From contig OX597815.1 of the NCBI GenBank assembly GCA_951406725.2, forward strand, positions 43,772,001 through 43,836,000: a stretch of DNA of 64,000 bases, in the 5' to 3' direction. This document shows positions 1 to 13,682 of this stretch, in pieces; positions within the stretch are counted from its first letter, which is position 1; each line of letters opens with the position of its first letter. The translations under genes and the position numbers were made by a program. This stretch comes from Octopus vulgaris. Lineage: Eukaryota. The notes under the pieces were generated by a model. It searched no databases, was not told the origin of the DNA, and saw only the letters and a program-made list of their open reading frames with translations.

Positions 1-709
1 TTACATATTACCCTTCAAACTTTAATGTTGCACTTTAGCAGTATCCTCGCGAGATTAGGCGTAATAAACCATTTTTCTGTGCCGATGACCGATTAGACAC
101 TCGGTTGTTGACATTTTATTTACGTCATGGAGAAAGACAATACCATTGCAGATTTTATTTCTCATTTCTGAAAAAACACAGAGCATTGTTCCTAATTAAA
201 TAAATGAATATTATATATATGACTGCTAGTATCATAACAGTGAAAGCTTGATCATCGGATACAATGCCACTTCGTATTTTTTCAGCTCTTTCCGGAATGA
301 ATTCAAGTTCCGCCGTGGCTAATTTACTTTTCATTCTTTCAGTGTTGAAAAATTAAAGTACCAGTCGAATCCTGGACCTCTCTATGTGCGTATTATTATT
401 AAAAGCAAATTTCGAAAGCAGGAAAGCTGCGAAAACAGCCTAGAAAACTGGTTGAACACCCTTCATTTCCACAGCTATCCCACATTCAAAATTTACATTA
501 TTTTTTGTAAAATACAAACCTACTGTGTGTGTGTGTTATACAGGATGATCAGCTAGTTATAATTTTATTCAACATATATTTCCCTCCCTGATTTACACGC
601 TTGTTACAGCGGTTCTTCAGCTTTTCTAAGCCCTATAAAGAACGCGGAAGATTGGGCTCCAACCAGGCATTTCGCGATATCCTTAAGACCAGGAACTTTT
701 TAGAGTTAT

Positions 710-760
<51 letters not shown>

Positions 761-784
761 TTGTTATATATGTATATATATTGT

Positions 785-1110
785 TATACTCTTTTACTTG
801 TTTCAGTCATTTGACTGTGGCCATGCAAGAGCACCGCCTTTAGTCGAGCAACTCGACCCCAGGACTTATTCTTTGTATGCCTAGTACTTATTCTATCGGT
901 CTCTTTTGCCGAACCACTAGGTTACCGGGATGTCAAGCGATGTTGGGGGGGGGGGGGGACAAACACACACACACACATATATACATATACATATATACGA
1001 CGGGTTTCTTTCAGTTTCCGTCTACCAAATCCAAGGTGCCGCGCATTGAAACTGAACCCGGAACCATGTGGTTGGTAAGCAAGCTACTTACCACCCAGCC
1101 ACTCCTGCGT
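785..1110 (-). mobile_element. tRNA-derived SINE, family B (head GGCGCAGGAGTGGCTGTGTGGTAAG), internally deleted copy
   Basis: Matches the fuller copies at 26159-26562 and 53079-53475, including the tail CAGTCAAATGACTGAAACAAGTAAAAGAG and an internal (CA)n/(TA)n tract. Confidence 0.8.
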
Positions 1111-2399
1111 ATATATATATATATATATAGTGTTATAAATTTTTATATTGTTATAAGAATTTATAAAGATCGAGAGAACGTGAAATAATTGTTTAGAATT
1201 GTGTACCTCGAAGTAGACAAAGCAATAGATAACAGCTTGTAAATATTGGCTTAAAGGCTTGAACTCACATCTCCAGGAAATATTACAGGCGTTTTACCAT
1301 TATTGGACCCATTTGTTTCAGAATCAGTCACGTTGCGCTGCCCGGAGGTTCACAGGTCTTGAATGAAAAAAAGAAGGACCGCGTGAGTGGTAAACAATTT
1401 CTTTTCGTTGGTACTAGAAACATTCAAAGATCGAAAGGAAACAGAAATACAGAGGAAAGAAACTCGTCACATTGGCGTCGCTTTAGAGCAAGTACGAAAC
1501 TTTACGATAGTCATTGTTTTTAGCTACGTATTTTCATTGTTCGAATCTGACAGACAGAATAACAGAAAAAAAAAAGAGTTTTTAACTTAATCTGGTAGAT
1601 GAAATAAACTCTATCCTATTGTAAAAGAATCCTGTAGCTAAACAAAAGGGAAAATATTACTTGTAGAACAATAGAAACGATACTTTATTGAATCTGGTTT
1701 GACAAACCTTTATCATCTCAGATCTAATCAGTACCAGCTTTCATTTTTCATCCTTTAAGGTAAGTAGTATTGAGAAATGGGGTGATTTGGGCACAACATG
1801 AAGCTAACGAACTTTCCGGCCAATATTCATTGCCCATACTGTCAACTTATACCTAATTAAACGTGGGTGTTGAGGGCAATTAATGGTGCATTGCTTTCTC
1901 TTTCTCAAGGATACAATGCATTGTTGGTGACGATGCACTAACTGCAGTTTTTGCAGCCCATAAAATTACACCCCTCTGAGTAGAACAGCTGCGAACTCCC
2001 ATAACACAGGTGGTAGGCAAGCAGCGAAGGAAGTAAAATTTACAACGAATAATAGTAGTTTGGAAACACTTCACAAATGTGCTTTTTCAAACAATTTCTT
2101 TCTTGTTGTTCCTTTCTTTTTTTTTTCTATCAGTTTGTTTTCGTCAAGAGCATAGCAGTCTTCCGTGCACATCTCGGAACAAAACTAATTACTTTCGTAT
2201 TTCAATCTAATATAGTAAAAAGAAATATAAATATGTAGCTTGAATAAAATATGTTGCATAGAGTTGATTTGATCAGCGATAATTTCTTTTCTTTTGCTAA
2301 CGTAACAAATAATTTTTTCATCGTTCTACCTTCATTTCAGAACATGTTTTTTTTAAAATTTTGATTCTGATATTATATTCAGGACCACTTTAACGTACA

Positions 2400-2550
2400 C
2401 ACTAGCGAAGCTGGTGTGGGGGCGGTAGGGACGGGCCACACCCGGCGGCACTTTTAAAGTCTACTATAAGCAATATATGTTTTTTGTGGGGTCCAGGGGC
2501 GGCAAACGGAAAGGCCTCTCTGGGCGGTACACACTCTAGCTACGCTAGTG
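2400..2550. mobile_element. Small hAT-like MITE
   Basis: Terminal inverted repeats (TIRs) CACTAGCGAAGCT / AGCTACGCTAGTG. Flanking 8-mers aacgtaca (2392-2399) and atcgtaca (2551-2558) look like an 8-bp target-site duplication (TSD) with one mismatch. Confidence 0.65.
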
Positions 2551-2838
2551 ATCGTACATACCAAGAAATGTTAAGATATGGAGGAATAAATCAGGTGCAG
2601 GCTGAGAGTATTAAGGCCCCTCGAGCATAACTGTTTACCGAGCCCCTTTGCATGCGTGTTTTAGTAGAGTTAACATGTAGACTAAGGGCTCCGCAGAGCT
2701 CCGAGCCCTAGGGTAGTGCCGATTGACCGACGGCTGATTCCGTCCCTGAAATAAATTAACGTTAATGCGTAAGTCCTGCAACTTTTAATGTTATTGATTG
2801 CTATTATTTATCTACCATTATTGTTATTATTATTATTA

Positions 2839-3249
2839 AGGCAGCGAGCTGACAGAATCGTTAGCGGCATTTCGTCCGACCTTACGTTCTGAGTTCAAAT
2901 TCTGCCACGGTCGACTTTGCCTTTCATCCTTTCGGGACCGGTGAAATAAGTACCAGTTACGCACTGGGGTCGAGGTAATCGACTGGTCCCCTCCCAGAAA
3001 ATTTCAGGCTTTGTGCCTGTAGTAAAAAGGATTATCAAGGCAGCGAGCTGATAGAATCGTTAGCACAGTGGGCGAAATGCTTAGCGATATTTTGCTCGTC
3101 GTTACATTGTGTTTAAATTCCGCCGAGGTCGGCTTTGCCTTTCATCCTTTCGGGGTCGATAAAATAAGTACCTGTGAAACACTGAGGTCGATGTAATCGA
3201 CTAGTCTCCATCATCAAAAATTTTCAGGACTTTTCCTTTAGTGGAAAGA

Positions 3250-3291
<42 letters not shown>

Positions 3292-3985
3292 GATATTGTT
3301 GTTGTTGTTGTTATTATTATTATTAAGGCGGCGAGCTCGCAGAATCGTTAGCACGCTGAGCAAAATGTTTGACGGTATTTCGACCGCCTTGAGGCTCTGA
3401 GTTCAAATTCCGCCGAGGTCAACTTTGCCTTTCATCCTTCCGGGTTTGATGAATTAAGTACCAGTGTAACACTGGAGTCGATGTAATCAGCTATCCCCCA
3501 CCCCACCCCCACAAATTTCAGGCTTTATGCCTATAGTAGAAACTATTATTATTATTATTAATACTTTATAACTGCGTACTTGCAGAATCGTTACTGCGCC
3601 GGGCAAAATGATCAGCAGTATTTCGTCTGCCTCTACGTTCTGAGCTCAAACTCCGCTGAGATCCACTTTGCCTTTCATTATTTCGGAAGTCGATGAAATA
3701 AGTACCAGTTACGCACTATAGTCGATGTAATCGACTTAATCCCCTCCCCAAAATTGAGGCCTTGGGCTTCCAGTAGAAAAGATTATTAATAGCTAAGGTG
3801 GCGACCTGGCAGAGTCGTTACCGCGCCGGGCAAAATACTTAGCGGCATTTTATCCATCTTTACGATCTGAGATCAAATTTTGTCTTTCATCCTTTCTGTG
3901 ATCAAATTTTCATCTTTCATCCTTTCGGGGTCAATAAAATAAGTACCACTTGAATACTGGAACCTTGTGCCAAAATTTGAAACCA
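2839..3985 (+). mobile_element. Cluster of five head-to-tail family A SINEs (head GGCGGCGAGCTGGCAGAATCGTTAGC)
   Basis: Copies start near 2839, 3038, 3326, ~3575 and 3797. Most show the B-box-like GAGTTCAAATTCC and the body GCCTTTCATCCTTTCGGGGTCGATAAAATAAGTACCAG, and they are separated by (ATT)n tails. Confidence 0.85.
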
Positions 3986-4654
3986 TTATTATTATCAATA
4001 GTGTAATATGCTACTGTTTCTAATTATTCAAACGATAACTGAAAGTCCATTTTGCGGATCACAGTCTTTCGACCGACTCGCAGAATTTTTTGGGCATTGG
4101 AGAAGTAAAATGCTTTCAAGAATTTCTATCGGTTTTTACGTCCTGATTTCAAGTCGCGTCCAGTGCAACAATGATTTTCATTCTTTCAGGCTCATTAATG
4201 TGGAGTACCAGTTAAATACAGGGTCGATGGTAAACTATTAATTCCTTCCTCTAAAAATTGCTGGTCCTGTGCTTAAATCAGAAAGCATTTACGTACCTTA
4301 CAGAGGTCTATTCGATGAGAACTTACCTGGAGCTACACAACATGAACGATTAATATTTCTTAGACATGATATCCAATAAACTGCTATGTCTAACCTTTTT
4401 TTTTTTTTTTTGCTATACATTATAAAGTATAAAATCTAATTTTGAATTTAGGCGAAATAATACATCGTAAAGTAGGGAACAGTTGACGAAATCAAACTCA
4501 GTTACTGACTAGTTTTTTAACGGCCCCCAGTCGACCTCGGTAGTATTTGAACTCATAACCTTAAAGTATGTAACTATATACCGTAAAGCATTTTGTACGT
4601 CGTTCTACGTATTCTGATAATTTCCCCCAACGTTTTGACTTCAGTTACCCAATA

Positions 4655-5237
4655 CCTATTTCTTTACTACACACAAGGGGTTAAACACAGAGAGTACAAA
4701 CAAGGACAGACAAACGGATTAAGTCGATTATATCGACTCCAGTGCGTAACTGGTACTTATTTAATCGACCCCGAAAGGATGAAAGGTAAAGTCGACCTTG
4801 GCGGAATTTGAACCCAGAACGTAACGGCAGACAAAATGCGTATTTCTTTACTACCCACAAGGGGCCAAACACAGAGGGGACAAACAAGGACAGACAAAGG
4901 GATTAAGTCGATTAGATCGATCCCAGTGCGAAACTGGTACTTTATTTATCGACCTCGAGAGGATGAAAGGCAAAATCGATCTCGGCGGAATTTGAACTCA
5001 GAACGTAACGGCAGACGAATTACCTATTTCTTTATTACCCACAAGGGGCTAAACACAGAGGGGACAAACAAGGACAGACAAACGGATTAAGTCGATTATA
5101 TCGACACCAGTGCGTAACTGGTACTTAATTTATCGACCCTGAAAGGATGAAAGGCAAAGTCGACCTCGGCAGAATTTGAACTCAGAACGTAGCGGCAGAC
5201 GAAATACCGCTAAGCATTTCACCCGGCGCGCTAACGT
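4655..5237 (-). mobile_element. Family A SINE with body tandemly triplicated (~184-bp period)
   Basis: Single head at ~5237, and the body/tail TATTTCTTTA[C/T]TAC recurs at ~4657, ~4841 and ~5025. Confidence 0.85.
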
Positions 5238-6294
5238 TTCTGCTAGCTCGCCGCCTTGCAGATACCCAATACCTTTTAACTAGCTCTGTCTGAGCCATAT
5301 TGTGTAAAAAAAACCAGTTTTGATTGGTTATTGTTCAGCTGAGGCGCGAAATTTGAATATAAAAAAGACGAGAAACATATTGCGAAAGTAAAAACAATAA
5401 AAACAAAACAAAAGAAAAAATGAAAAAATTCTGACGGTCGACCATCAGGTGTTTCACGTGACTTTATTATTTTTTTTTTTTTATTATTGTTTCATCCTTA
5501 TAACAGCACACCCACACGTCACCATCAATGAAATACAATGGCGTGGTAATAGCGTGTGTGTTATGAAACTTAAAGTGAAGAGTTATACAGCAGCCGCTGC
5601 AATAATAATAATAGCAAGGGTGGTGCTTGTAGTCGGTGCGCGATAGCTGGAGCGCTGTAGCAATGGCGTCACGAGAAAGAGTCGAGTTGATGAAGTTCAT
5701 AGCGATGATGATAATGCCGATGAATGTCTAAGCGATGGTGTCTGGTGGTCGTGTGCTGCAAGATGAGACTTATTGTTGCTAAAAAGCAGTGGTAATGAAT
5801 TAAGTAGACTGAAGTGGATAGTTGTTCAAAATAACGCCAAACACAAAGCCAAAAACAAAAGCGTAACTTTTCTATTCCTCACTCTTGTTTACCTTATCTC
5901 TCCCCCCTCTCTCTCTCTCTCTCCTTCCTGTCCTCTCATTCAGCTGCTCTTCTCTTACATACCTATCAATCTATCTATTTACGTGTGTGTATGCGCGGGC
6001 GTGTGCGTATGTAAAATGTTCGCCTGTCTATCAACCTGCCTTTGTATCAACCAGCAGCAGCAGCAGCAGCAGACTGTCAGCTGCCTAACTCCACAAGTGG
6101 CCTTCCAGATCAATTGCACATCTATTCCCAATGATTAGCCCTACCCTTCTCCCAACAACAATACAACTTCCACCTCATGCCCCGCCTATATTATACTGCA
6201 TGAACCAATGTAATAATGTATGTATGAATGTATGTATGTATGTATGTATGTATGTATGTATGTATTCATGTATGTATGTTTGTAAATTAAATTT

Positions 6295-6892
6295 GGCAGC
6301 AGTTTAGCAATGGTGAGAGAATCGTTAGGACGCCGGGCGAAATACTTAGCAGTATTTCGTCTGCTGTTACGTTCTGAGTTCAAATTCTGCCGAGGTCGAC
6401 TTTGCCTTTCATCCTTTCGGGGTCGATTAAATAAATACCAGTTACGCACTGAGATCGATGTAATCGACTTAATCCGTTTGTCTGTTTTTGTTTGTCCCCT
6501 CTATGTTTAGCCCCTTGTGGGTAGTAAAGAAATAGGTATTTCCTCTGCCTCTACGTTCTGAGTATAAATTCCGTCGAGGTCGACTTTGCCTTCCATCCTT
6601 TCGGGGTCGATTAAATAAGTACTAGTTACGCACTGGGGTCGATATAATCGACTTAATCCGTTTGTCTGTCCTTGTTTGTCTCCTCTCTGTGTTTAGTCCC
6701 TTGTGGGTATTAAAGAAACAAATATTTCGTCTGCCGCTACGTTCTGCGTTCAAATTCCGCCGAGGTCGACTTTGCCTCCCATCCTTTCGGGGTCGATTAA
6801 ATAAGTACCAGTTACGCACTGGGGTCGATATAATCGACTTAGTCCCTTTGTCTGTCCCCTCTACGTTTAGCCCCTTCTGGGCAATAAAGAAT
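6295..6892 (+). mobile_element. Family A SINE with body tandemly triplicated
   Basis: One degenerate head followed by three body units; the first two junctions read AAAGAAATAGGTATTTC and AAAGAAACAAATATTTC. Confidence 0.85.
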
Positions 6893-7123
6893 TAAATTAT
6901 GAGTAAAGAACCGGCACAGTTTCCATTACCTGTTTTTATCCGTATAATAGCGATGGCTCATTACGTCATTTTCTCTGAACAAGAATGTATAATTTTCACG
7001 TTCATATTTGAATTTTTCGCCAAAAAGGAAAAATTATAATTGTCATTAAATATAACAGAGGGTGTTAGAACACCTACAATGCTAGAAATAAGAGCTAAAG
7101 CACTCTGATTCTGTAGTCAACGC

Positions 7124-7202
<79 letters not shown>

Positions 7203-7613
7203 TAACAATTTATATTAATGTTTTTTTTAATAACTATTTGTATTCTTATCTTAAATGCATTGAATTTTATACTGTATATATGTATGTTATTATGGTTGTA
7301 GTTTTGTTAATTAAATAAGACATCATTCTAATATCCTAAAGCTGATAAACCAACTAATATGTTTCTCCATTTTCTTATTTGCAATATAAATTAATGGTAA
7401 AATATTTCCTTACCTTCACCCATTTAATACAATAAGTGAGTTTATTGCATTGCAATTAAAAACACTTGTGTATTGATAATTCGGGTAATATACCAACAGT
7501 ATATTGGATAAGTATTATCCCTTAGTGGGCTGGATCCACAACCCCTAACTTATTTGGTGTATATATATATATATATATACTTTATTAATAAAGCTGCAAA
7601 GACATCACAAAAA

Positions 7614-7651
7614 CTGTTACTCAGAGTTTCACGTTCCCGTTCGTCGGACAG
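7614..7651 (-). ncRNA. Minimal type I hammerhead ribozyme motif (U4C variant), Penelope-like fragment
   Basis: Minus strand reads ctgt CCGACGA acg ggaa cgt GAAA ctctgag TA acag: stem I ctgt/acag, stem II with a GNRA loop, near-palindromic stem III, GUA cleavage triplet. Confidence 0.65.
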
Positions 7652-7775
7652 TTTTGGTTCCCGACGAACAGGAACGTGAAACTCTGGGGAACAGTTTTTG
7701 TGATATCATTGAAGTTTTATCAATAAAGTATATTATTCGAGTACGATTTTTCCACATTGCTTTTCATATATGTTC

Positions 7776-7838
<63 letters not shown>

Positions 7839-7839
7839 A

Positions 7840-8068
7840 GCGGCGAGCTGGCAGAAACGTTAGCACGCCAGGCGAATAGCTTCGCGGTATTTCGCCCGTC
7901 GCTACGTTCTGAGTTCAAATTCCGTCAAGGTCGACTTTGCCTTTCATCCTTTCGGGGTCGATAAATTAAGTACCAGTTACGCACTGGGGTCGATGTAATC
8001 GACTTAATCCGTTTGTCTGCCCTTGTTTGTCTCCTCTATGTTAAGCCCCTTGTGGGTAATAAAGAAAC
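7840..8068 (+). mobile_element. Family A SINE, full length
   Basis: Head, body and tail are complete; the copy sits inside a (TG)n tract. Confidence 0.85.
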
Positions 8069-8122
<54 letters not shown>

Positions 8123-8468
8123 TATTAATGAAGTAGATGGAATAAAAGATTTTATTTAATACGACACATTTTTCGACCCGTTCTGGGTCTCTTCGGGTAC
8201 ATAAATAAATAAAAATAGAAAAAGTCTCACTAGAGATTTTCTGATTCGGTTTTACGTACCGGTATATGTCCATCAACTTTGGGAATGAGTAAAAAGCAGA
8301 GAAATATTGAAAGCGAAAAATTCAAATATGAACGTGAAAATTATACATTCTAGTTCAGAGAAGATGACGTAATGAGCCATCGCTGTTGTACGGATAACAA
8401 CAGGTAGTCGAAACTGTGCCGGTGCTTTACTCATCATCTGTTTATATCTTTTGTATAATTCCTCCATT

Positions 8469-8628
<160 letters not shown>

Positions 8629-8742
8629 ATATTGGAGGATTTATTATTGCTTGTTTACACTTTTTCGATATCAGTGACTTTTCGTCACTGAAAAAGGATA
8701 TTTGCAAAGGGAACCCACTTTTCATCGGCAATCGGTTATTGT

Positions 8743-8787
8743 CACACGCTGATGACGGGTTAATACCCAGAAATTCGAGTCCGTGTG
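8743..8787 (+). ncRNA. Minimal type I hammerhead ribozyme motif in a ~370-bp insert (8627-8997) within (TA)n
   Basis: cacacg CTGATGA c gggt taat accc a GAAA ttcgag TC cgtgtg: 6-bp stem I, canonical core, palindromic TCGA in stem III, GUC site. Confidence 0.7.
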
Positions 8788-8993
8788 TATCATGTCAGAT
8801 TGAAAATGGGCAGGATAGCTTCCCTTTGCAAATACTGATAGGGCACAGAAAGTGTGTCAATAGCCAGCTGGAGGAGGTGTCCTCCTGGGGCTACAAGCTA
8901 CAGTAGCATCCACCCTTAGTGGTTAGCCACATTTAAGTGGCAAATATACTTCATGATGTCGTGCAGCTACTGTTTATACCTCGCTCAGAGATT

Positions 8994-9039
<46 letters not shown>

Positions 9040-9430
9040 GGCGCAGGCGTGGCTGTGTAATATGAAGCTTGCTTCTCAACCACATGGTTCCAGATTCAGA
9101 CCCACTGCATAGCAACTTAGAAATGTGTCTTCAGCTATAGCCTCAGACCGAACAAAGCCTTATAAGGGACTTTGGTAAACGGAAACTGAAAGAAGCCCAT
9201 CGTATATATATATATGTGTGTGGGTGTGTCTTAGTGTCCGTGTTTGCTCCTCCCCTACAACCGGTGAGGGTGTGTTTACTTCCCTCGTAATTTAACGGTT
9301 CGGCAAGAAAGAGGGATAGAATAATTACTAGGCTTTAAAATATCAAGTCCTAGGGTCGATTCGTCTGACTAAAACTTTCAAAGTGGTGCCCCAGCATGGT
9401 CGCAGTCAAATGACTGAAACACGTAAAAAG
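9040..9430 (+). mobile_element. Family B SINE, diverged
   Basis: GGCGCAGGCGTGGCTGTGT head through the TGACTGAAAC tail. Confidence 0.8.
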
Positions 9431-9474
<44 letters not shown>

Positions 9475-10194
9475 CTTTTAACGTGAAATTAACTTTCTCA
9501 TATTATAAGGTGAGATGTATTCTGACGTATTTTTCAAGGGATGAAAAAAAGAAACATGATCGCATTTATGCATGACAATAATTTCAAAATATACTCAATA
9601 CAACAATATGTGTTCATAAGATTTGAAGAGAAATATGTTAAGAATAAGAATCGTAACGTAATAATAGGGAGTACGTCACACTGAAGTAGTTTAGATATTT
9701 AAAAAATTGACTTGTACCATCTGAATAGCAATGGAGTATCGAAGAATGAAAAGCATAATTTTGATGGGTTTTTTTTTTTAAAGCATTCATTAAAAATTGT
9801 CAGAAAATTTTCAACCGACTAGTCTTTAGCAAGCTCAGATTTAAAAATCGGCACAGTTACATTCAAAATTACAATTTCATATCGACTCCAAGAAATTTAG
9901 CTTCAAAATGTTTTGAGATTTTCAAGAAACAGCATGAAAATGAAAAGTAACATCTTTAGCAGCAGTAACAAACAAGAGGCTCTGATTTTAGAAGAAAATA
10001 ATTTTGCATTTGAAATTACAAATGATCTATAATACCCGACTTACCTCCATGCGTTACAGACAACTCTGCGAAAAAGTTAGCACATTATACCCAGTACACA
10101 CGAAGCTGTTTTTTTCTTTTTTTTTTTTTTTTAAATATAATCACTTTCTAGTCCTTTCACAAATACGCACGCTCTTTTTGTTATGAAATAAAAT

Positions 10195-11318
10195 AATAAT
10201 GAAATTATTGTATACAGTGCTCAGGTGCACCACAACTTGTAAAAAGTGCATATAAAGCATATGCAATAATATACAAATGTCTGGGAAGTGAACAGTGTAT
10301 GAGTCAGATACATGCTTGCCTGTGTATGGAGGGGAGAAAATCAGGTGTAGTGTTGGCGAATCTCAGGAAGCATGGAAGTTTTGAAGGATGCAGTGCTCCG
10401 ACAACTAACAACTGATGCCGGCAGTTTGTTCCATACTTCAGCAACTCTTAACGTGAAAAAATGTTTCCAAAAGTCATGGGAGTTGTGCTGTTTTCTGACT
10501 TTGTAAACATGTCTACGGTTGTTAGACAGGTGGAGTTTGAAAAGGTGCCCAGAGCTATTGTTTGTAAGATGGTTAATAATTTTATGGGTGTCTGCCAAGT
10601 CAGCTGCCAGTCGTCGGAGTTTCAGTGTATCCATGCCCAGGGAAGTAAGGCGTTCAGAATATGATGGAGGATATTCTCTTGGTTGCACGTCGCTGAACGG
10701 TTTCCAGACAATTAAATATCTTGAGCAAGATAGGGGTCCCATACCGGTGATGCAAATTCCAGGTGAGGCCGCACCATAGCTATATAACGCCTTAGATATA
10801 TAGCCGGAGAGCGGCTCACAAATGACTTGGTAAGTGATGCCAAGACACCCTCATCCTCCTTGGCAATTTTAGCAATGTGTTTTGTCCAAAGCAAATCGCT
10901 GTCGACAATAATGCCCAGGTCACGTTCACAAGAAGACTTGTTGAGATTAATTGTTGTGGAGGCAGTAAGTAGACACTGGGTTTTTCCTCCCAAAATGCAT
11001 GGTGGTACATTTGTCCACAATCAGCTTGAGTTGCCAGTCCATGATCCACTGCTGCATTGTGTCCAGGTCTGATTGCAATAAAGATCTATAGTGTACAGGG
11101 TCTGACCTCTTTATTTCGAGGTACAGCTTGATGTCATCTGCATATTTCAGCACTGTGGCATTCTTTAAGTTGGCATCTATGTCATTAACATATACAACAA
11201 ATAAAAGGGGGCCAAGAACAGATTCCTGTGGTACACCAGATGCCATCTCATAGGGTGAAGAGCGCTGTCCTAGAACTGTGACAACTTCTTTTCGGTCGAT
11301 AATGAAGGACTTCAACTA
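10195..11318 (-). mobile_element. 5'-truncated CR1/L2-group LINE; decayed reverse transcriptase (RT) C-terminal half plus 3' UTR
   Basis: Frameshifted ORFs contain GVPQESVLGPLLF, YADD, ERDLGI, RPHLEFASPVWDPY and FFTLRVAEVWNKLP, all standard CR1-type ORF2 motifs. Confidence 0.85.
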
Positions 11319-11466
11319 GTTATTGTAAAAATAATTTATTTATTAATTTATTTATTGTGAATCAATATCAAAATAAACTGAAATATATATGGCACGGTAA
11401 AGAGAAATATGCATCACAATTAGTTTGTATAATGGCATGGAAAACTTGAACAAGTCGATTCAACAA

Positions 11467-11518
<52 letters not shown>

Positions 11519-11897
11519 GCATATATATTTTAATATAATCTCTGCAATAAACTCTACGTTGGTTAGACAGGCCAAGACAAATTTGTCCAAGACAAATTAT
11601 TAAGTTCATATAGTAGGGAAGTTGTTATCATTTAAAAATTTCAGTTGGTTTGAGTAGCTTTTTTTTTTTTAAATAAAAATTGAATAGCTTTTGAAACCAA
11701 ACTGTGTAGTAATTAAATTCAAAGTTAGGATAATTAGTACTTGCACTATCTCTGCGCTTGCGTGTTGGTTAGATTGTATCACCTAGTTTGAGAAAACAAG
11801 AATGCATAAAAAAGAATGCACAAACTGTTATGAGATTTTTAAACACCTAAATGACAGGGTTAAAATACTGAAGCTACAACGAATAATACAAATACAA

Positions 11898-12290
11898 TCT
11901 ATCTATATATATAAAGCTGAAGTTGTCTGTGTGTGGCAGGTTTGGTAGCCTTCAACTAACACTATCTCCTCCGAGGCCTTGCGGCGCAAGTTGACCAAAA
12001 TTGAGAGTATGATAGAAGAAGGCTTGCTCTTCATTCCGTATAAGATAAAATACAATTCGGACCATGTTAAGACCAAAAGTTATTTACATCAAAAAGGTGA
12101 TTTTTTCTATGAAAATCCCTATTTTTTACGATTTTTTGACTACTGTGTCACCATTTATCGGTGTATTTCAACCAGAAAAATGTTCACTTAAAGAGAATAA
12201 CAAGCTACATAATGCAACATTTTTACTTTTCAAAAATTCCAATTCTAAAGGGTCGCAACAAACCCGAGCAACGCCGGGCGATACTGCTGG
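11898..12290 (+). mobile_element. Non-autonomous Helitron-like element
   Basis: 5' end A|TCTATCTATATATATAAAG. 3' GC hairpin CCCGAGCAACGCCGGG followed about 8 nt later by CTGG|T (CTRR). No TSD. Confidence 0.7.
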
Positions 12291-13029
12291 TTTTAAATAT
12301 AGCTAAAAGCAAGTACCGGAAATTGCTTGGCCTCATCAAGCTTAAACACGTTTTTTTTTTCTTTTTTTTTTTTGAGATCTGTCTGAAAAGTATTATATCC
12401 GGAAAACAAACCGAAAAGTCCCAAAAGTAAATGAAGAAACCAACGCATTTCAAGCGCTGATCTCTCCAATATCACTCAAAGATAGAACTCAGTATACTGA
12501 CAACGATGGGAAAAGATATATATATCCCTGGCTTTCTAGAAATAATATAAACAGATTCATACATCTGCTCACGTAGATATGCACATACACACAGACACAC
12601 GCATATACCTCTGTGTGTGACATCTGAAACGTTACACAAATGCAACAGACGGCTGAAGATGCAATAGACTTGATTCTTAGTTCTGCCATCTAGAGCGGTC
12701 CAGGTACGATGGATACGTTTCTTGAAGTATGTTTGCTATTGAGAGGTAATTACGTTGGCAGAAGTTTGCTAGACAAAGATCGTAGACCTTGTTTGAACAA
12801 TGGAATATATGACACTGGTCATGAATTATGTCCAACGAAGTCCTACTTTTGCATAAGAATAATCTATAGTAAGAAGATTATGTCAGATATACTGTAACTA
12901 ATGGGTTGGTGCAATGCTTTTCGATGTCCACCCATACTGCATATATATATCTTATTTTTTTTCCATAATTTTATTCTTTAAACAAGTGAACTTCTTTGCT
13001 GACAACAATAGGCTTGTCTTGTCAGAAAC

Positions 13030-13165
13030 ACTTCTTTTCTCTCCAAATTTTTCGGGATAGTTCTAACCGCTGACGTAGCCAAGTTTAACGACTTGTTAAT
13101 GTCTGATGTTCGCCAGCTCAATACTTTCAGTTTTACATCCAATATCATACTTTTCTTTGGCGCCT
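13030..13165 (-). pseudogene. Tigger/pogo-like transposase N-terminal helix-turn-helix (CENP-B-type) relic
   Basis: Manual translation APKKSMILDVKLKVLSWRTSDINKSLNLATSAVRTIPKNLERK resembles pogo/Tigger N-termini, with an internal deletion. Confidence 0.5.
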
Positions 13166-13630
13166 TAGATGACCTCTTACCATTTGCATTTAGGAGAGTG
13201 TTGTCTTCGCTTTGTTCGCAGACAAGAGACAGTTATGGACATAAATTTCGGTCTATTTGGTTCGACAACATCATACAGTTTACTTAAGTCTGCGGTTAGC
13301 TATATAGATTTTTAGATATAGGAAGAGTAATTTGTATTTTTGTCCAAGACTAATTTGGTCCTTTTAAAATAAAGTTTTCAAGTTAATTTCTATATTTGGG
13401 GAAATTGGAAACTAGAGTTTATTCACAGGCAAGGGACAACGTAGTTTTGGGTTATTTTAACTGGTCAGTATTAAGATAGGTATGATACACACACACACTC
13501 ACAAACCGACACAAAAATAAATGCATGCATATACACATATATACTTACACACAAATGTATGTTCCTCTCTCTCTCTCCCTCTCTCTTATATATGTATGTA
13601 TGTATATAGCTATCTCTCTCTCTCTCTTTA

Positions 13631-13682
<52 letters not shown>

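Noticed and set aside
5600-6140. Possible exon with poly-Gln (CAG)n at ~6052-6072
   Set aside because: No recognisable domain or clear splice context, and it is surrounded by low-complexity sequence.
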